A stretch of 64,000 nt of DNA, taken from contig NC_091999.1 of NCBI RefSeq assembly GCF_044704955.1, forward strand, positions 24,056,001 through 24,120,000, in the 5' to 3' direction. Below, in pieces: positions 37,039-49,238 of this stretch. Source of the stretch: Pristiophorus japonicus (taxonomy: Eukaryota). Numbering within the stretch: position 1 is the stretch's first letter; every line of letters starts with the position of its first letter. A model generated the notes under the pieces. That model was given only the letters and a program-made list of their open reading frames with translations, was not told where the DNA came from and did no database searches. Both the position numbers and the translations under genes were made by a program.

Positions 37039-40000
37039 CAGCCCCGTTTAGTCAATTTACCCTTGTCAACAGAGAGAGGAAAATCTTGACCGGTCAGGAG
37101 CACACAATAAGTGTTTCGTTCTCATTTCACTAAGATTTCCCCTGCTTGTAAGCGTTTCTGGGGGTACTGCACCCACACTTTAACTCCTTCACAAACTGTG
37201 TCCTGAGTCTGATTTTCTTTTTCAATAGTAGGGACACTAACTTTGCCTAACATGTGGCTTATGGGAGTTCCCCCCAACAATGGTTGGTGATTCAGATTGC
37301 GCACTGCTTGTGGTAAGATCTTTAACCACCCTTGCAATGTGTTAGTGGGAGTTAATATTTTAATCTGTTGTTTAAGTAATCCATTCATGCATTCCATTAA
37401 ACCTGCAGCTTGCGGAGAGTAAGGTTTGTGAAACTTCCAATAGATCACGTTGTCTACCGCCCACCGTTGCACTGTTTGACCTGTGAAGTGCGACCCATTA
37501 TCGGACTGCACTTCTGCTGGCTCACTGTAGTATGTGATTAAATTCTCCAGTCCTTTAATTGTACTTGGTTGATTCGCTTTAGTCACTGGATAAGCGAACA
37601 AAAGTATAGAATAGGTATCAACAACAATGAGCAAATATTGAAACCGTTGTTGCAATGGTAAAGGTCCTACATAATCAACTTGCCATGTTTCTGCTGGTTG
37701 AGTCCCTCTCTTAATATGGCACCGTGTTGTCGTTGTAGGGGGAAATGCTTCACCTTTTGACAAATTTCGCAGGTGTTTATGATCTGATTAACACCGTCCG
37801 TAGTCAAATGTAACCCCCCCATTTCGTGCCCACTGTATCGTACCCTGAATGCCCAAATATCTAGATTTGTGTTGGACCCACTTGCCTAAGCCATATTCTT
37901 CCTCTTCCGCCTCTTTGACAGCCCGTACCCGGGCTATATTATCAACGGTGTTATTATATTTAGAGGTCTTTGAAGTATTTTTCATGTGAGTGTCCACATG
38001 ATATACAGTTATTTTCATTTTCTGGGCTTTGGACCATATTTGTTCCCATAGGTACTTTCCCCACAAGTCTTTCCCAGTTATTTGCCAGTTATGTTCATGC
38101 CAGTTTCGCATTCAGCCCGCCATGCCATTGGCTACTGCCCATGCGTCAGTATATATGTGTACTTGTTGCTGTTCCTCTTCTAACGCAAGGACTACAGCTG
38201 CTCGTTCTGCTTGCTGGCTGGAGCCTCCCACGCCCTCATCATGCACAATTGTCTGGGTTTTTGTATTGAAGGCAGCGGCTCGCCATCGCCGAAAGCCATT
38301 TCGCCAGACCGCTGAGCCACCTGTGAACCAGGCATGGCTACGTTCTTCGGGTGTTAACTGTTCAAAAGACACGCCCCAGGGGATCGGTGACTCTTTGGTT
38401 AAATAGACAGACGACTGCGTAAGTTCACTCTCAACTGTTTGTGGGTATTCAGCCACATGTCATGTAGCCGGGTGATTCGTTCTTTCCCTTTACTTGCTCT
38501 CTCTGCGATATACCATTTCCAGCGCACTATGGATCTTTGCTTCACTCGCCCGACCTTGTGTGTCTCATTTTCTGAGAGAACCCAGGATAATATGGGTAGG
38601 TCTGGTCTTAAACTAACTTTGTCGTCCCCTGTCTTTCCTTCTGATTCTGTAAGGGCCCAATAACATGCTAATAATTGTTTCTCAAATGGAGTGTAACGAG
38701 CAGCAGCATCTGTCAATTTTCTAGACCATAACCCGAACGATATACGAGTGCCATGTTGAACCTGCCACAAACTTCATACTGCAGTATCATTGGTAACGGA
38801 TACCTGGAGCTCGAAAGGCTGTCCAGGCACTCGTGGGGCTAGGGGTAAAGCTTGAGCTACGGCTTCTTTGGCTGCATGTTGTTCCTTTCCCCACTCGAAG
38901 TGGGCCTTTTTTCGTGTTACGGCATACAACGGTTTTAAAAGCATCGTGAGGTGAGGGTTGTGTCTCCTCCAGTAACTCAATAGTCCCACGAACCGTTGTG
39001 TCTCAGTTTTATTCGTGGAGGTGGCCATTTCTTGAATGTTATTCTTCACAGGCTCGGGTATGACGCGCTCACCCCGAGACCATTGGATCCCCAGAAACGG
39101 GACAAACTGGCTAGGGCCCTGCATGTTCTTCGGATTTGTCTCACAGCCCATATCTCGCATGTGTTGGACTAAAGTAGCTAGGGCTTCTGACACCACAGCC
39201 TCGGTGGGACCCCTTATTAGTACATCATCGATGTAGTGTGCCAGTGAGGCATTAGGAGCCAACGTGCACATGTCCAGGTCCCGGGCCACCAATCCTTGGC
39301 ATAGGTTAGGGCTATCTCGGTAACCTTGAGGTAGGCCTTTAAACGTGTATTGTCTCCCTTCCCAAGTGAATGCAAACTGGTCCTGGGATTCTTTCGCTAT
39401 TGGAATGGAGAAAAAGGCATTGGCCAGGTCGGTAACCGCATACCACTCCGCACCTTCTTCAGACAGCCGCTCTGTTATAGTTACTACATCTGGGACAGCA
39501 GTTGCCAGGAGAGGGGCACATTTGTTCAGTTGTCAGTAATCCGCAGTCATCCTCCAACTTTTGTCGGATTTCTGCACATGCCAAACAGGGCTATTGTAGG
39601 GGGACACCACATGTCTAATGATTCCTGCCTCCAAGAGCCCTTGTATGGTTTCCCCTATTTCTTTGTGTCCCCCAGGTATGCGGTACTGTTTCATAGTCAC
39701 TATATGCGATGGCCATGGTATTACCACTGGTTCCTACTTTGCTTCCCTGCAATCTCAGTGATCGCCCATATCCCGAATGAGAATCGCCCAAACGAGGTGT
39801 TGTGTGTGATTCCCTTTAAAAGGTACATCCCAATAATATGTTCCTTTACTGCCGATATTAAGACCGTTACCCAGCGCGGAGGCCCATTTCCCAACGCCAT
39901 TCTGATAGTTGTTCGGACAGCGGGCGTTTCTGCCCCTCCGAACCCATTAATCATCACACGGGTCCCTGTGTGTTTCCTAGGGTTTCCATGGATAATAGTA

Positions 40001-40090
40001 ACTTCTGCCCCTGTGTCTAGTAAAGCAACATCTCTTTGTATGTTCGCCCCTGCCCCGCCACTGTATCGTAATCGGAATGTGTGGCCTCAG
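37039..40090 (-). pseudogene. pol: ERV pro-pol (PR, RT, RNase H, IN), broken by stops and frameshifts
   Basis: ORF pieces 39721-39957, 39533-39727, 38774-39292, 38399-38770, 38112-38456, 37122-37763. Confidence 0.88.
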
Positions 40091-41742
40091 ATCCCCGGGA
40101 ACTTGGGTTGATGTGGTTCTAACGGGGAGTACTCCCGGATCCTGGCCACACCCCATTCGAGGGGATTACTAGCCTTCCACAGCTCTTCTACGCTGGGATA
40201 TAGGCTAGTGGGAGGTGGTTTCTCCGCATCCGCAGACTTGTCGCTATCCGACTTAGTCTCCCTTACCTCCCTCCTTTTTCCCTTCCCTGTTCCCGGGACG
40301 CAGCGTTGCTTCCACATAGAATACATTGCTCCTGTTGGGATTCCATCAATTTTCTCCTTTGGGACACCTGCTTTCAGTAAAGCCGCGAACATGTCCCTCC
40401 GCAAAATTTTTTTTTTTCTTTCCTGACCCTATATCTTTCCCAGAGGTCGAACCTTGTCGCTGGTCCTGATCCCCCTCTACATTAGCCGTTCTCGACTCTC
40501 GCACACTATCTTCTACATCCTCTAACTGTCCTAACAACAGGAAAGCGTCCCCCACCCGCTGCCCTTGGGCTGGTCCCAATAATGCGAGTAGTGCACCCCT
40601 CATCATAGGAGGGCCACTCTTCATCAGCCTGCTCTGCATTACTGCCGTAAAGAGCTCCTGATCTGGCCCCCCATATTGTTGGTGATATATTCCTCCCTGT
40701 GTTGCCATGTTGCACAATTGTATTGCACCCTCTGCCACAGTACTCCAAGGTTTTACCTCCCCTTCCCAATCAACGGAGAGTGATATTTTTGCTGGACCCC
40801 TATAATAACCATGTCCCATAGCGACTTGTTCCCTGGACATTCCGTAGCATTGCTGTGATATAGTGGTCCGTAATCATAGTCCTCAGTTTTGTTAACTCTT
40901 CAGGGTTAAGTATTACGCCTGATGCTCCCTGATCCCAAATCCGGATTAGCCATTCTGACAATGATTTCCCGGGTTTTTTGCGAAATCGAGACCCTATTTC
41001 TTGTAACTCACTAGTGGTGAAGTCACGCACCCCTCTGGTGGTTACCAGCCGTTCCCCATCTTGCTGTTTCGCCTTATTTGTCATAAGCGGTCTAGCTTTC
41101 GTGCTCAGAGCGTATGGGGGAGGGTTTTTAGTTCCCTCCCGTTCCCCCCTCTCCATCTGTTCACTCATATTCTGAGTCAGAGGAGTACCAGACGTCTCCT
41201 TCCCAATGAGCCGGATCCCAAGTGGGTCCAGCTACCAATGCACGTACCTTTGACCGATCTATCTGTAATTTCCATCGTCTGGCTTTTTAATAATTTTGTA
41301 CTTTCACCAGATGGCATATTAAAGTTTCTGATTGTTCATTGAGCTTGACCACCCGTTATTGTGCAGTGTGGACCGCTTCAGTGAGAGAAGAGTTTTGACT
41401 TTCAAAAACTTGAACAGCTGTTTTTAACTCTAGGTTTTCGGCCTCACTTTCCTTAAGTTGTTTACACATCGTCTTTAATGCTGTCAACAAAATCCATCCC
41501 ATTTGTGGGGGGCTACTTTTCTCCTGTGGGACGCCCGCTTCCTCCAGGAGAGACAGTACCGCGTGGGGTACGGGTCTATCTTTGCTCTGTTCCAATAACT
41601 GCTTATCCCAATGTTGTGGGGGTGCAAACTGGGCTAGCACATTGGCAAGAGAGCCAAAACCCTCATCCCTCGTGCTCCACCCTGGTATTCTATACTTCTC
41701 TCCCGCAGGAGGAGACTGCTCCTTGTCTTTTCTCTTAAACAT
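40087..41742 (-). pseudogene. gag: ERV gag, frameshifted
   Basis: ATG 8 nt after the PBS; ORF pieces 41356-41742, 40800-41168, 40346-40840, 40087-40404; ERV-L-like SEWLIRIWDQG motif. Confidence 0.8.
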
Positions 41743-41750
41743 TTTACCAG

Positions 41751-41768
41751 ATCCTGTTCGTGACGCCA
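41751..41768 (-). promoter_or_regulatory. ERV primer-binding site complementary to tRNA-Ser(CGA)
   Basis: TGGCGTCACGAACAGGAT; the plus strand reads ATCCTGTTCGTGACGCCA, recalled as the 3' end of a vertebrate tRNA-Ser(CGA). Confidence 0.8.
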
Positions 41769-41776
41769 ACATTTTT

Positions 41777-42308
41777 TGGATCGATAATAATAGACCCAGG
41801 TTCGGGATCTGGATGAATGTTTAATAAGAGACAAGACAAATGAAGTAAAGATAAAACACCGTTTACTGAGGGAAAATAAACATAATACAGTTTAAGAAGA
41901 AAAGAGAAGTCTGATAAGATGCAACAAAGCTCACAGCCTTCGGACCATCGGGAACTCCGCAACGACGGCTGGTCTGGAGCCTTAGGGGTCCCGGCACCAC
42001 TCGCGAATCACGGTCCAAGGTGAAGTTCAAAGAGCTACTGGACAGTTCCATTCCTTTATACTATTGAACAAACATGGGTGCATGTGGTTTATGGCCAACT
42101 CCAAATCAGTAAGGCCCCAGCTGTTCTTCCACAAAACATGAGACCTCGAGGCGCCGACCGTCCCATAAACAAGATGGTGTGTGCATCAAGGTCTCTCTCT
42201 CTCTCTCTCTCTCTGCATCAACAACATTCCACGAGGCATGAAGCAGAAACAAACTGTAAATGTCGAAATATCATAATTAACCCTATGTGATTAACCCTAC
42301 ACAATACA
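41777..42308 (-). repeat. ERV 5' LTR
   Basis: Adjacent to the PBS; paralog of 35949-36472. Confidence 0.9.
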
Positions 42309-42309
42309 G

Positions 42310-42560
42310 GGGCCACAAGCCGCACCCCATGCACACGCTGATTGGTTGGAAGACTAACCGCCCACCCAGACCTCCAGCTCCACAACTGCTCTCCCTATTG
42401 GTCGGGAGCTGCCGTCAATCAGCCAGGCAGTGTGAGCTGAGCATGCGCGGTGGGTGAGACAGGGGGCAGAGATGGGTGGAGGGAGGGAGCGATTTAATAA
42501 AGGACGTGCATATTTGTACTGCAAAAATGGCCGCCATGCTCCAACCTTTTTCCATGATTG
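42310..42560. promoter_or_regulatory. Promoter-like module (copy 3) with CCAAT boxes and a YY1-like site
   Basis: Matches 1360-1488; aaaatggccgccat at about 42524-42537. Confidence 0.5.
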
Positions 42561-42714
42561 GTTCCTTTGGAAGATAAGCCACAGCCTGAGGTGTCACTCG
42601 AATGTGTAACTGAAACCACCCATCCCAACGTCTCATTTACTTTGCAAATTGTAACTTGATCCACTTTGACTTCCTGAAACAACAGAGGCAGAGCTCCCAG
42701 AAGACAGCGACTGC

Positions 42715-43425
42715 CAGCCAAAGTGTCTTGCCCCAGTCCCAGTGCATCCTTCCCAGTCGAAGTGCCTTACTCCAGTACCAGTATATGCCTCCCCAAGCCA
42801 AAGTGCCTTATCCAGTCCCAGTGCATTCCTCCCCCAGCCAAAGTGCCTTACCCCAGTCCCAGTATATGCCTCCCCAGGCGAAGAGCCTTACCCGAATATA
42901 TGCCTCACCCAACCAAAGTGCCTTACCCCAGTCCCAGTATATGCCTCCCCCAATCAAAGTGCCTTACCCAAGTCGCAGTGCATGCTTCCCCCAGCCAACG
43001 TGCCTTACTCCAGTCGCAGTGGAAGTTTCCTCCAAACGAAGTGCCTTACCCCAGTCCCGGTGCATGCCTCCCCCAGCCGAAGTGCCTTACCCCAGTCCCA
43101 GTGCACGCCTCCACCAGCCGAAGTGACTTACGTCAGTCCCAGTGCAGGCCTCCCCCAGCCGGAGTGCCTTACACCAGTCCCAGTATATGCATCACCCAGC
43201 CAAAGTGCCTTACCGCAGTCCCAGTGCATGCATCTCCCAGCCGAAATGCCTTACCTCAGTCTCAGTGCATGCCCCCACCCCAGCTAAAGTGCCTTACCCC
43301 AGTCCCAGTGTACGCCTCCCCCAGCCAAATTGCCTTACCCCTGTCCCAGTGTACGCCTCCCCAAGCCGAAGTGCCTTACTCCAGTCCCAGTGCATGCCTC
43401 CCCCATCCGAAGTGCCTTACCCAAG
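42715..43425. repeat. About 40-bp minisatellite (about 17 copies)
   Basis: cagccaaagtgccttaccccagtcccagtgcatgcctccc. Confidence 0.9.
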
Positions 43426-43459
43426 TTTTATTTCTCTGCACCACATGCACAGAATGATT

Positions 43460-43850
43460 CTGGCCCAGATGGGGCGGGGCTTGTCTCCGGTCAGTCGCAA
43501 AGTGCAGAACCAATAGTTCCCTGCGTTAATAAACCCCGGGCGGGACACGCAGCCCAAGCGCGGGCTCAGGCCCGAGAGACAACACTCGGCACCATCCGCT
43601 TCACATACACCCGGGCTCGTCCCCAATAACCGAATCACAGCCCGGTTCCAGGCCCAGTCAGTGAGCGTCCGGGGCAGCGGGCTCAGCGGCCGTCATCTTG
43701 GTCAGGTTTGGGGAGCGGGCTCAGTGGCCGCCATCTTGGTCAGAGCGGATCTCGCGGCGCATGCGCGGCCCTTTGGGCAGCGATAATGGATGGGCGGGGC
43801 TTCAGTCAGTTTGATTGGACACATGTTTGTGACCAGGTCAGTGGGCCCTG
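43460..43850. promoter_or_regulatory. CpG-island promoter-like segment with YY1, NRF1, GC and CCAAT motifs
   Basis: gccgccatcttg 43727-43738; gcgcatgcgc 43757-43766; gggcgggg; gattgg. Confidence 0.55.
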
Positions 43851-43889
43851 ACAGGGAGCCTTGTTGTGCTGACTGTTGTCTGGTGACCC

Positions 43890-44465
43890 TGTGCCAGCCC
43901 GGCTCATCCTATTGGGCCAGCCCAAGCTCGGCCTATGGGTCCAGCCCGGCTCATCCTATTGGGCCAGCCCGGCTCACCCTATTGGGCCAGCCCGGCTCAC
44001 CCTATTGGGCCAGCACGGGCGCACCCTATTGGGCCAGCCCGGGCTCACACTAATTGGGCAGACCCTTCTCACCCTATTGGGCCAGCGCGGATTCACACTA
44101 TTGGGCCTGCATGGCCTCAACCTATGGGGCCAACATGGGCTCATCCTATTGGGCCAGCACAGACTCACCCTATTGGGCCAGCCTGGGCTCACCCGATTGA
44201 GCAAGCCTGGGCTCGCCATATTGAGCCAGCCCGGGCTCGCCCTATTGGACCAACCCGGCTCACCCTATTGGGCCAGCATGGGTTCACCCTATTGTGCCAG
44301 CATGTGCTCACCCTATTGGACCAGCCCGGGCTCACCCTATTCGGCCAGCTCGGGCTCACCATATTGGATCAGCATGGGCTCTCCCTATTGGGCCAGCCCG
44401 GCTCATCCTATTGGACCAGCACAGGCTCACCCTTTTGCGCCAGCACAGGCTCACCCTATTGGGGG
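43890..44465. repeat. 23-24-bp minisatellite (about 24 copies)
   Basis: ggctcaccctattgggccagccc. Confidence 0.92.
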
Positions 44466-45004
44466 CCATTCTCCGGGGTTGTGCTAATTTGGGCGTTTGT
44501 GTCAGGTTTCTAACCCGTGCTGTACCTGCCCTGGGAGAGTGAAAGTACTCTGCCGTGTACTGAAGTGTGACAATCTGTGACGGAATGGAGTCCTGTTTTT
44601 TAATAGAACCTGCCATGTGACTGTGAGAGACCATAATATTAGAGGAGACTGCATGGTGCACCTGGTCGTTGTGCCGTAATTCCGCCTCTGGGACCGATAC
44701 AACAAGGCAGTGGTCGAGGTGTCTTTGCTCCGATGGGACACTGGGTGGCGCCTTGGGTCATTCACCAATGGGACTTGGGTTCAATCACATCCCAGACAGA
44801 ACGGGTGAAACATACCTGTCAGGCAAATAAAATACAATGTGACAGGAAAAATGAAGCGGTGTACAGGAGCCATGGAGAAAATCCAAGTTACTTCAATTTG
44901 TCATTCCAGATTTATTAACAATTTCACAGAGAACAATTTACAGGGAAGTGTAAAAAAGTGAACACAAAGTGAATATAACTGAGCAATATATTGAGAACCG
45001 AACA

Positions 45005-45436
45005 CAGGCGGATTGGCCTGTACTCTCTGGAGTTTAGAATAATGAGAGGTGATCTGATTGAAACATAAGATTCTGAGGGCGCTTGACAAGTTAAATGCTG
45101 AAGGTTTGTTTCCCGCGGCTGGACACTCTAGGACTAGGGAGCACTCTCTCAGGATAAAGGATCGGCCATTTAAGACGGAGATGAGGAGGAATTTCTTCAC
45201 TCAGAGGGTTTTGAATGTTTGGAATTCCCTACCCCAGACGGCTGTGGATGCTGAGTCTCTAAATATATTCAAGGCTCAAATAGTTAGATTTTTGGACCCT
45301 AGGAGAAGCAAGGGATATGCTATCGGGCGGGAAAGTGGAGTTGAGGTCGATGTTCAGCCCTGATCTTATTGAATGATGGAGCAGACTCGAGGAGCCATAG
45401 GGCCTACTCCTGCTCCTATTTCTTATGTTCTTATGT
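45005..45436 (+). mobile_element. CR1 3' fragment
   Basis: EMRRNFFTQRVLNVWNSLP; tail ttcttatgttcttatg. Confidence 0.85.
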
Positions 45437-45786
45437 CGGAGCTGCCAGCTATCTGTACAGTTGTGACAAACATCAGAGCGAGTGAACAGGGCTCAGCATA
45501 AAGGGAAGGGAACACTTGTGAATAAGAATGAGAAAAGTTATTTATTTACACATGAAATGTACAAAGCACAGTGAAACTCTCAGATACAGTTACATTACAG
45601 CCACAATTATCGCACACATTTCAAACAGAAAGACGGAAATCCCAGTTATATATTTCTCAGCGACTGATTCTGATCTAGTAACTGAGGCATTTTACTCTGA
45701 GAATCACCAAGAGGTCATATTTTATTTTTAGTGACAGAGAGATGATAAACAGATGAGGAACATCCACGGCGGCCGAAATTCAGACA

Positions 45787-45795
45787 TCACTTGAG
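45787..45795 (-). CDS. IGHM: IgM TM2 exon (LK-stop)
   Basis: ctcttttacAG|CTC AAG TGA; AATAAA on the minus strand at 45721-45726 and 45541-45546. Confidence 0.75.
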   Translation of the reverse strand, partial: LK

Positions 45796-45934
45796 CTGTA
45801 AAAGAGGGATAAAAGAATGAAGCGGAATTTTAGTGGTCCGGGTCATTTATCTCAGGGTTTTTTTAATGAAACATCCAGAGATTTGTCAAACGGCTTCAGT
45901 CAGATGGAAGTGTGAGCGGATTGAATCTTCCCAC

Positions 45935-46062
45935 CTTCACCAGAGTGACGGCAGCGCTGTAGGAAATGCTCAGGAAGAACAGGATGATGAATGTGGAAGC
46001 GGTTGTCCAGATGTTGCCGCTCTCGTCCTCATAGTCTTCATTCCAGATGTGGTCTGAGGAAT
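45935..46062 (-). CDS. IGHM: IgM TM1 exon
   Basis: DSSDHIWNEDYEDESGNIWTTASTFIILFFLSISYSAAVTLVK (CART motif); AG/GT boundaries in phase. Confidence 0.95.
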
Positions 46063-46749
46063 CTACGGGGATGTAGGGGAGGAAATATATTCAGATCATT
46101 TATTAATCCCGGGTATCATACTATTATTTTATATTCTCTTTTCTTTCCCTTAAGGTATTAGTTTGTTCTTTAATTGGACTTTCAATGTATATTTTGTGTT
46201 AAGTCAATTACTCTCAGCAATCTCTCACAGTTCCTCACTCCACTGCCGCTCTTCCTTTATGATCCCCCTGTAGTCCGTTTTGGAAAATATGATAGTGTTT
46301 CTTCCATGTCAGAGGCTAATTGATTTTGGATGACTTTGCTACGATCTATCCTTCGGGAATAATACGATGAAACATCGAGGAAGGTTTACAGCAGGATATC
46401 GATTATTTTTCCGCTAGGTTAAGGTAGTTACTTAGTTGGAGGCTGCCAAGGAGTCTATGTAAGAGATCAGTTGTGAGTTGTACCTTGTTTTTTTTATTTG
46501 TTACGGCAATGCTCTGAACATAAATAACGTGTCAGTTTGCAACAACTACATTGATCCAGTGTATGTGTAAGGCCAGAATAGTGAAATGTGATATATTATG
46601 GTATCAGGAATTATTTATTCAGGCCAAGTGTTGGATACTTTATCCGTCCAAAAACTGTATCTTAGTTCTACATTCTTCTATAGCCTGACGTTTTTGTTTG
46701 TGCTCTTTAGTGTCTATATCACTGTATGACTATCTCTTGTTTTGGATTA

Positions 46750-46968
46750 GTCCGTGTTTGTGTTTCCCTGTGAGGGTGTTGATCTGTGGGGTTGTGCGTA
46801 TGTATAGTTGTAAGATTGTGTATGTGTGTGGAAATATTTGTTTATGTTTTGTTTAAGAACGCGTGTGTTTATATGTAAGTGTGTGTGTTTATATTTAATT
46901 ATGAGTGTGCGATTTGGTGTAGGTGAGTGTGTGTACTTTTATGTGTAAACATGTTCATATCTAAGGGT

Positions 46969-46999
<31 letters not shown>

Positions 47000-48050
47000 C
47001 GTGTGCAAATGTGTTCATGTGTGTGCTTATGTGTAAGTGTATGTGTATCCTTGTGTATATGTATGTTTATGTGTATGTTTCCCTGTAAGTGTATGTGTAA
47101 GGTTATGTCTAAGCGTTTGTTTATGTTGAGGTGTAAATGTGTGTGTGTGAGTTTTCGTGTAACATTGTGTTTACCTGTAAGTTTGTGTGTGTGTGTTTTG
47201 TGTTAGTTTGTGTTTGGATTTATATGCGTGTTCATGCTTGTGTAAATGTGTTCAGGTGTGTGTTTCCCTGTAAGTGTATGGCTATGTCGCAGTGTTGTTC
47301 ATGTTTAGGTGTAAGCGTGTGTGTGTTTATGTGTAACAATGGGTTTGCAGGTAAGTTTATGTGTTTGTGTGTGTGTGTGTTTTGTGTCAGTGTGTGTTTT
47401 GATTAATGTGTGTGTCTAAGTGCAATTGTGTATTTGCATGTAAGCGTTTGTGTGTTTTGTGTAAATGTGTGTTTGGATTGATGCGTTTGTTTACGAGTGT
47501 GTGTGTGTTTTGTGTACGTGTGTGTGTGGATTGATGTGTGTATTTATGTATGTGTAAGTCTGTTTCTGTGTTTTGTGTAAGTGTGTGTGTTGATTGATGT
47601 GTATTTATGTGTGTGTAAATGTGTTTTGTGTAAATGTGTGTGCGGATTGATGTATGTGTTTATGTGTGTAAAAGTGTGTGTAAGTGTGTTTTGCAAGTGT
47701 GTGTGTATGGATTGATGCGTGTGTCTATGTGTGTGTAAGTGTGTTTTGCGTAAGTTTGTGTGTGGATTGATGTATGTGTTTATGTGTGTAGGTGTGTTTT
47801 GCGTAAGTATGTGTGTGGATTGATGTGTGTGTCTATGTGTGAGTAAGTGTGTGTAAGTATCCGTTGTGTAAGTGTGCGTTTAGATTGCCGTGTATTATTG
47901 CTATTGTTCAAAGTTTTAGAGAGTACCATTAACTGGATTTGACAATGATGGTTTTCATGATATTCTAGTTATGTATAATATTATGTGTCAGAGTGTTAAT
48001 GTATGTCTTTATATGTAAGTCTATGTGTGTTTGTGTGTAATTGTGCACTT
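46750..48050. repeat. Degenerate (TG)n-rich tract in the CH4-TM intron
   Basis: Direct inspection. Confidence 0.9.
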
Positions 48051-48802
48051 ACACAAAAACACACACACTTAGACAAAATCATCAGCACACTTACATATGA
48101 ACACAGACAAACTCACCTCCACATGTATTCTCCCTGCTCTGTGTAAGTGTGTCCTGTGTGAAGCGCAATGTGACGTCAGCCGAAGGAATGCAACAATTCA
48201 ACCGATGGGCCTCAGAAACATCAGGGACACAACTGTGAGAAACCCGCAGAGGATACAATCACCAGTTTAGATATGGCCCATTGAATTCAGCATGTTAGGT
48301 TACAATTAACAGGGTCTGTTGCACCCCCAACCCTATTTAAAAATATTACGTGGAATAAATAGTTATATCAGAATATAATACTCATGTGACAAGTTTAAAA
48401 TCTTTAGACCATGAGTTAGAATGTGACATTGTACTGATGGCAACTTAGTGCATTTAAAAGAGAGTGGTTCACTGCCCATCTCCCTGCGGGAGGGGCAGTG
48501 GGGGTTACGTGAATTACGTATTTCCTGTTCCCCTCTCGCTGGTGGGTGTGAGAGGTACAGTGAGTTAAAATTACCCTTTACTCTATCTCTGCTGAAGTTA
48601 CTTTCAGGAATTCTGTAATGAGAGAACTTCGCCCAGTCTCTAACCCATGGTGTGTCTGAGCTGGGAGCGCTGGCTGTACAAGCCTTGGGAGCGAGACGCG
48701 CAAACACCCGACTTCAGATAAACAGCCCTGACATTGGCAAAAATAGGAAACATAGTTAATTGAGCGGCTGTGTGTTTAACTCATGATTGGAAAAAAAAGC
48801 CA

Positions 48803-48818
48803 TTTATTGTTTTTTATT
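48803..48818 (-). terminator. Tandem AATAAA polyadenylation signals for secreted IgM
   Basis: Two tttatt on the plus strand, 30-45 nt past the secretory stop. Confidence 0.75.
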
Positions 48819-48846
48819 TAAGAACTGAAATGCAATCGAGAGATTC

Positions 48847-49238
48847 TCATTGACAAGAATTGACGGTGTCCATCAGAACAAGGGAAATGTTGACGAAACT
48901 GGGTTTACCGCTGGATTTATTGATGGTTCTGTTGGTGATCTTCAAGGGGATCGCTTCATGTCCCACCACACAGGAGTAAGAAGCGCCGCTGGACCACTCC
49001 TCGGCTGCAATGGATAGCAGGCTGTACATGAAGAAGGATCTGCTGCCGTTCTCCGCCATCACCTCGGTGTTCTTGTAGTTGCCCGAATCCACCGGTTTGT
49101 CATTGACGGTCCATTTGACGAAGATCTCTCGGGGGGAGAAACCTCTCACTAAGCAGGTGAGGCTGACCAACCTCTGAGCGGAAACTTCTTCTGCCGAGGG
49201 CAGGAGGACAGACACGGCTGGTTCCCGTGGAGCTTTCG
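48847..49238 (-). CDS. IGHM: IgM CH4 exon plus secretory tailpiece (internal donor for TM splicing at 48909/48908)
   Basis: [34 protein letters not shown]|[20 protein letters not shown]; penultimate Cys and NIS sequon. Confidence 0.97.

Larger units (their letters stand above)
35949..42308 (-). mobile_element. Class III (ERV-L/ERV-S-like) endogenous retrovirus with two LTRs, decayed
   Basis: Direct repeats 35949-36472 and 41777-42308 (TG..CA); PBS; gag WLIRIWDQGASG; LLDTGAEVT; QFAFTWEG..LPQGY..YIDD; IYTDAWAVANG; WQVDYVGPLP..SDNGSHF. Confidence 0.92.

Noticed and set aside
42656-44513. Pro/Gln-rich ORFs resembling cornified-envelope proteins
   Set aside because: The 40-bp and 23-bp periods are not multiples of three and all frames are open similarly; minisatellite artefacts.
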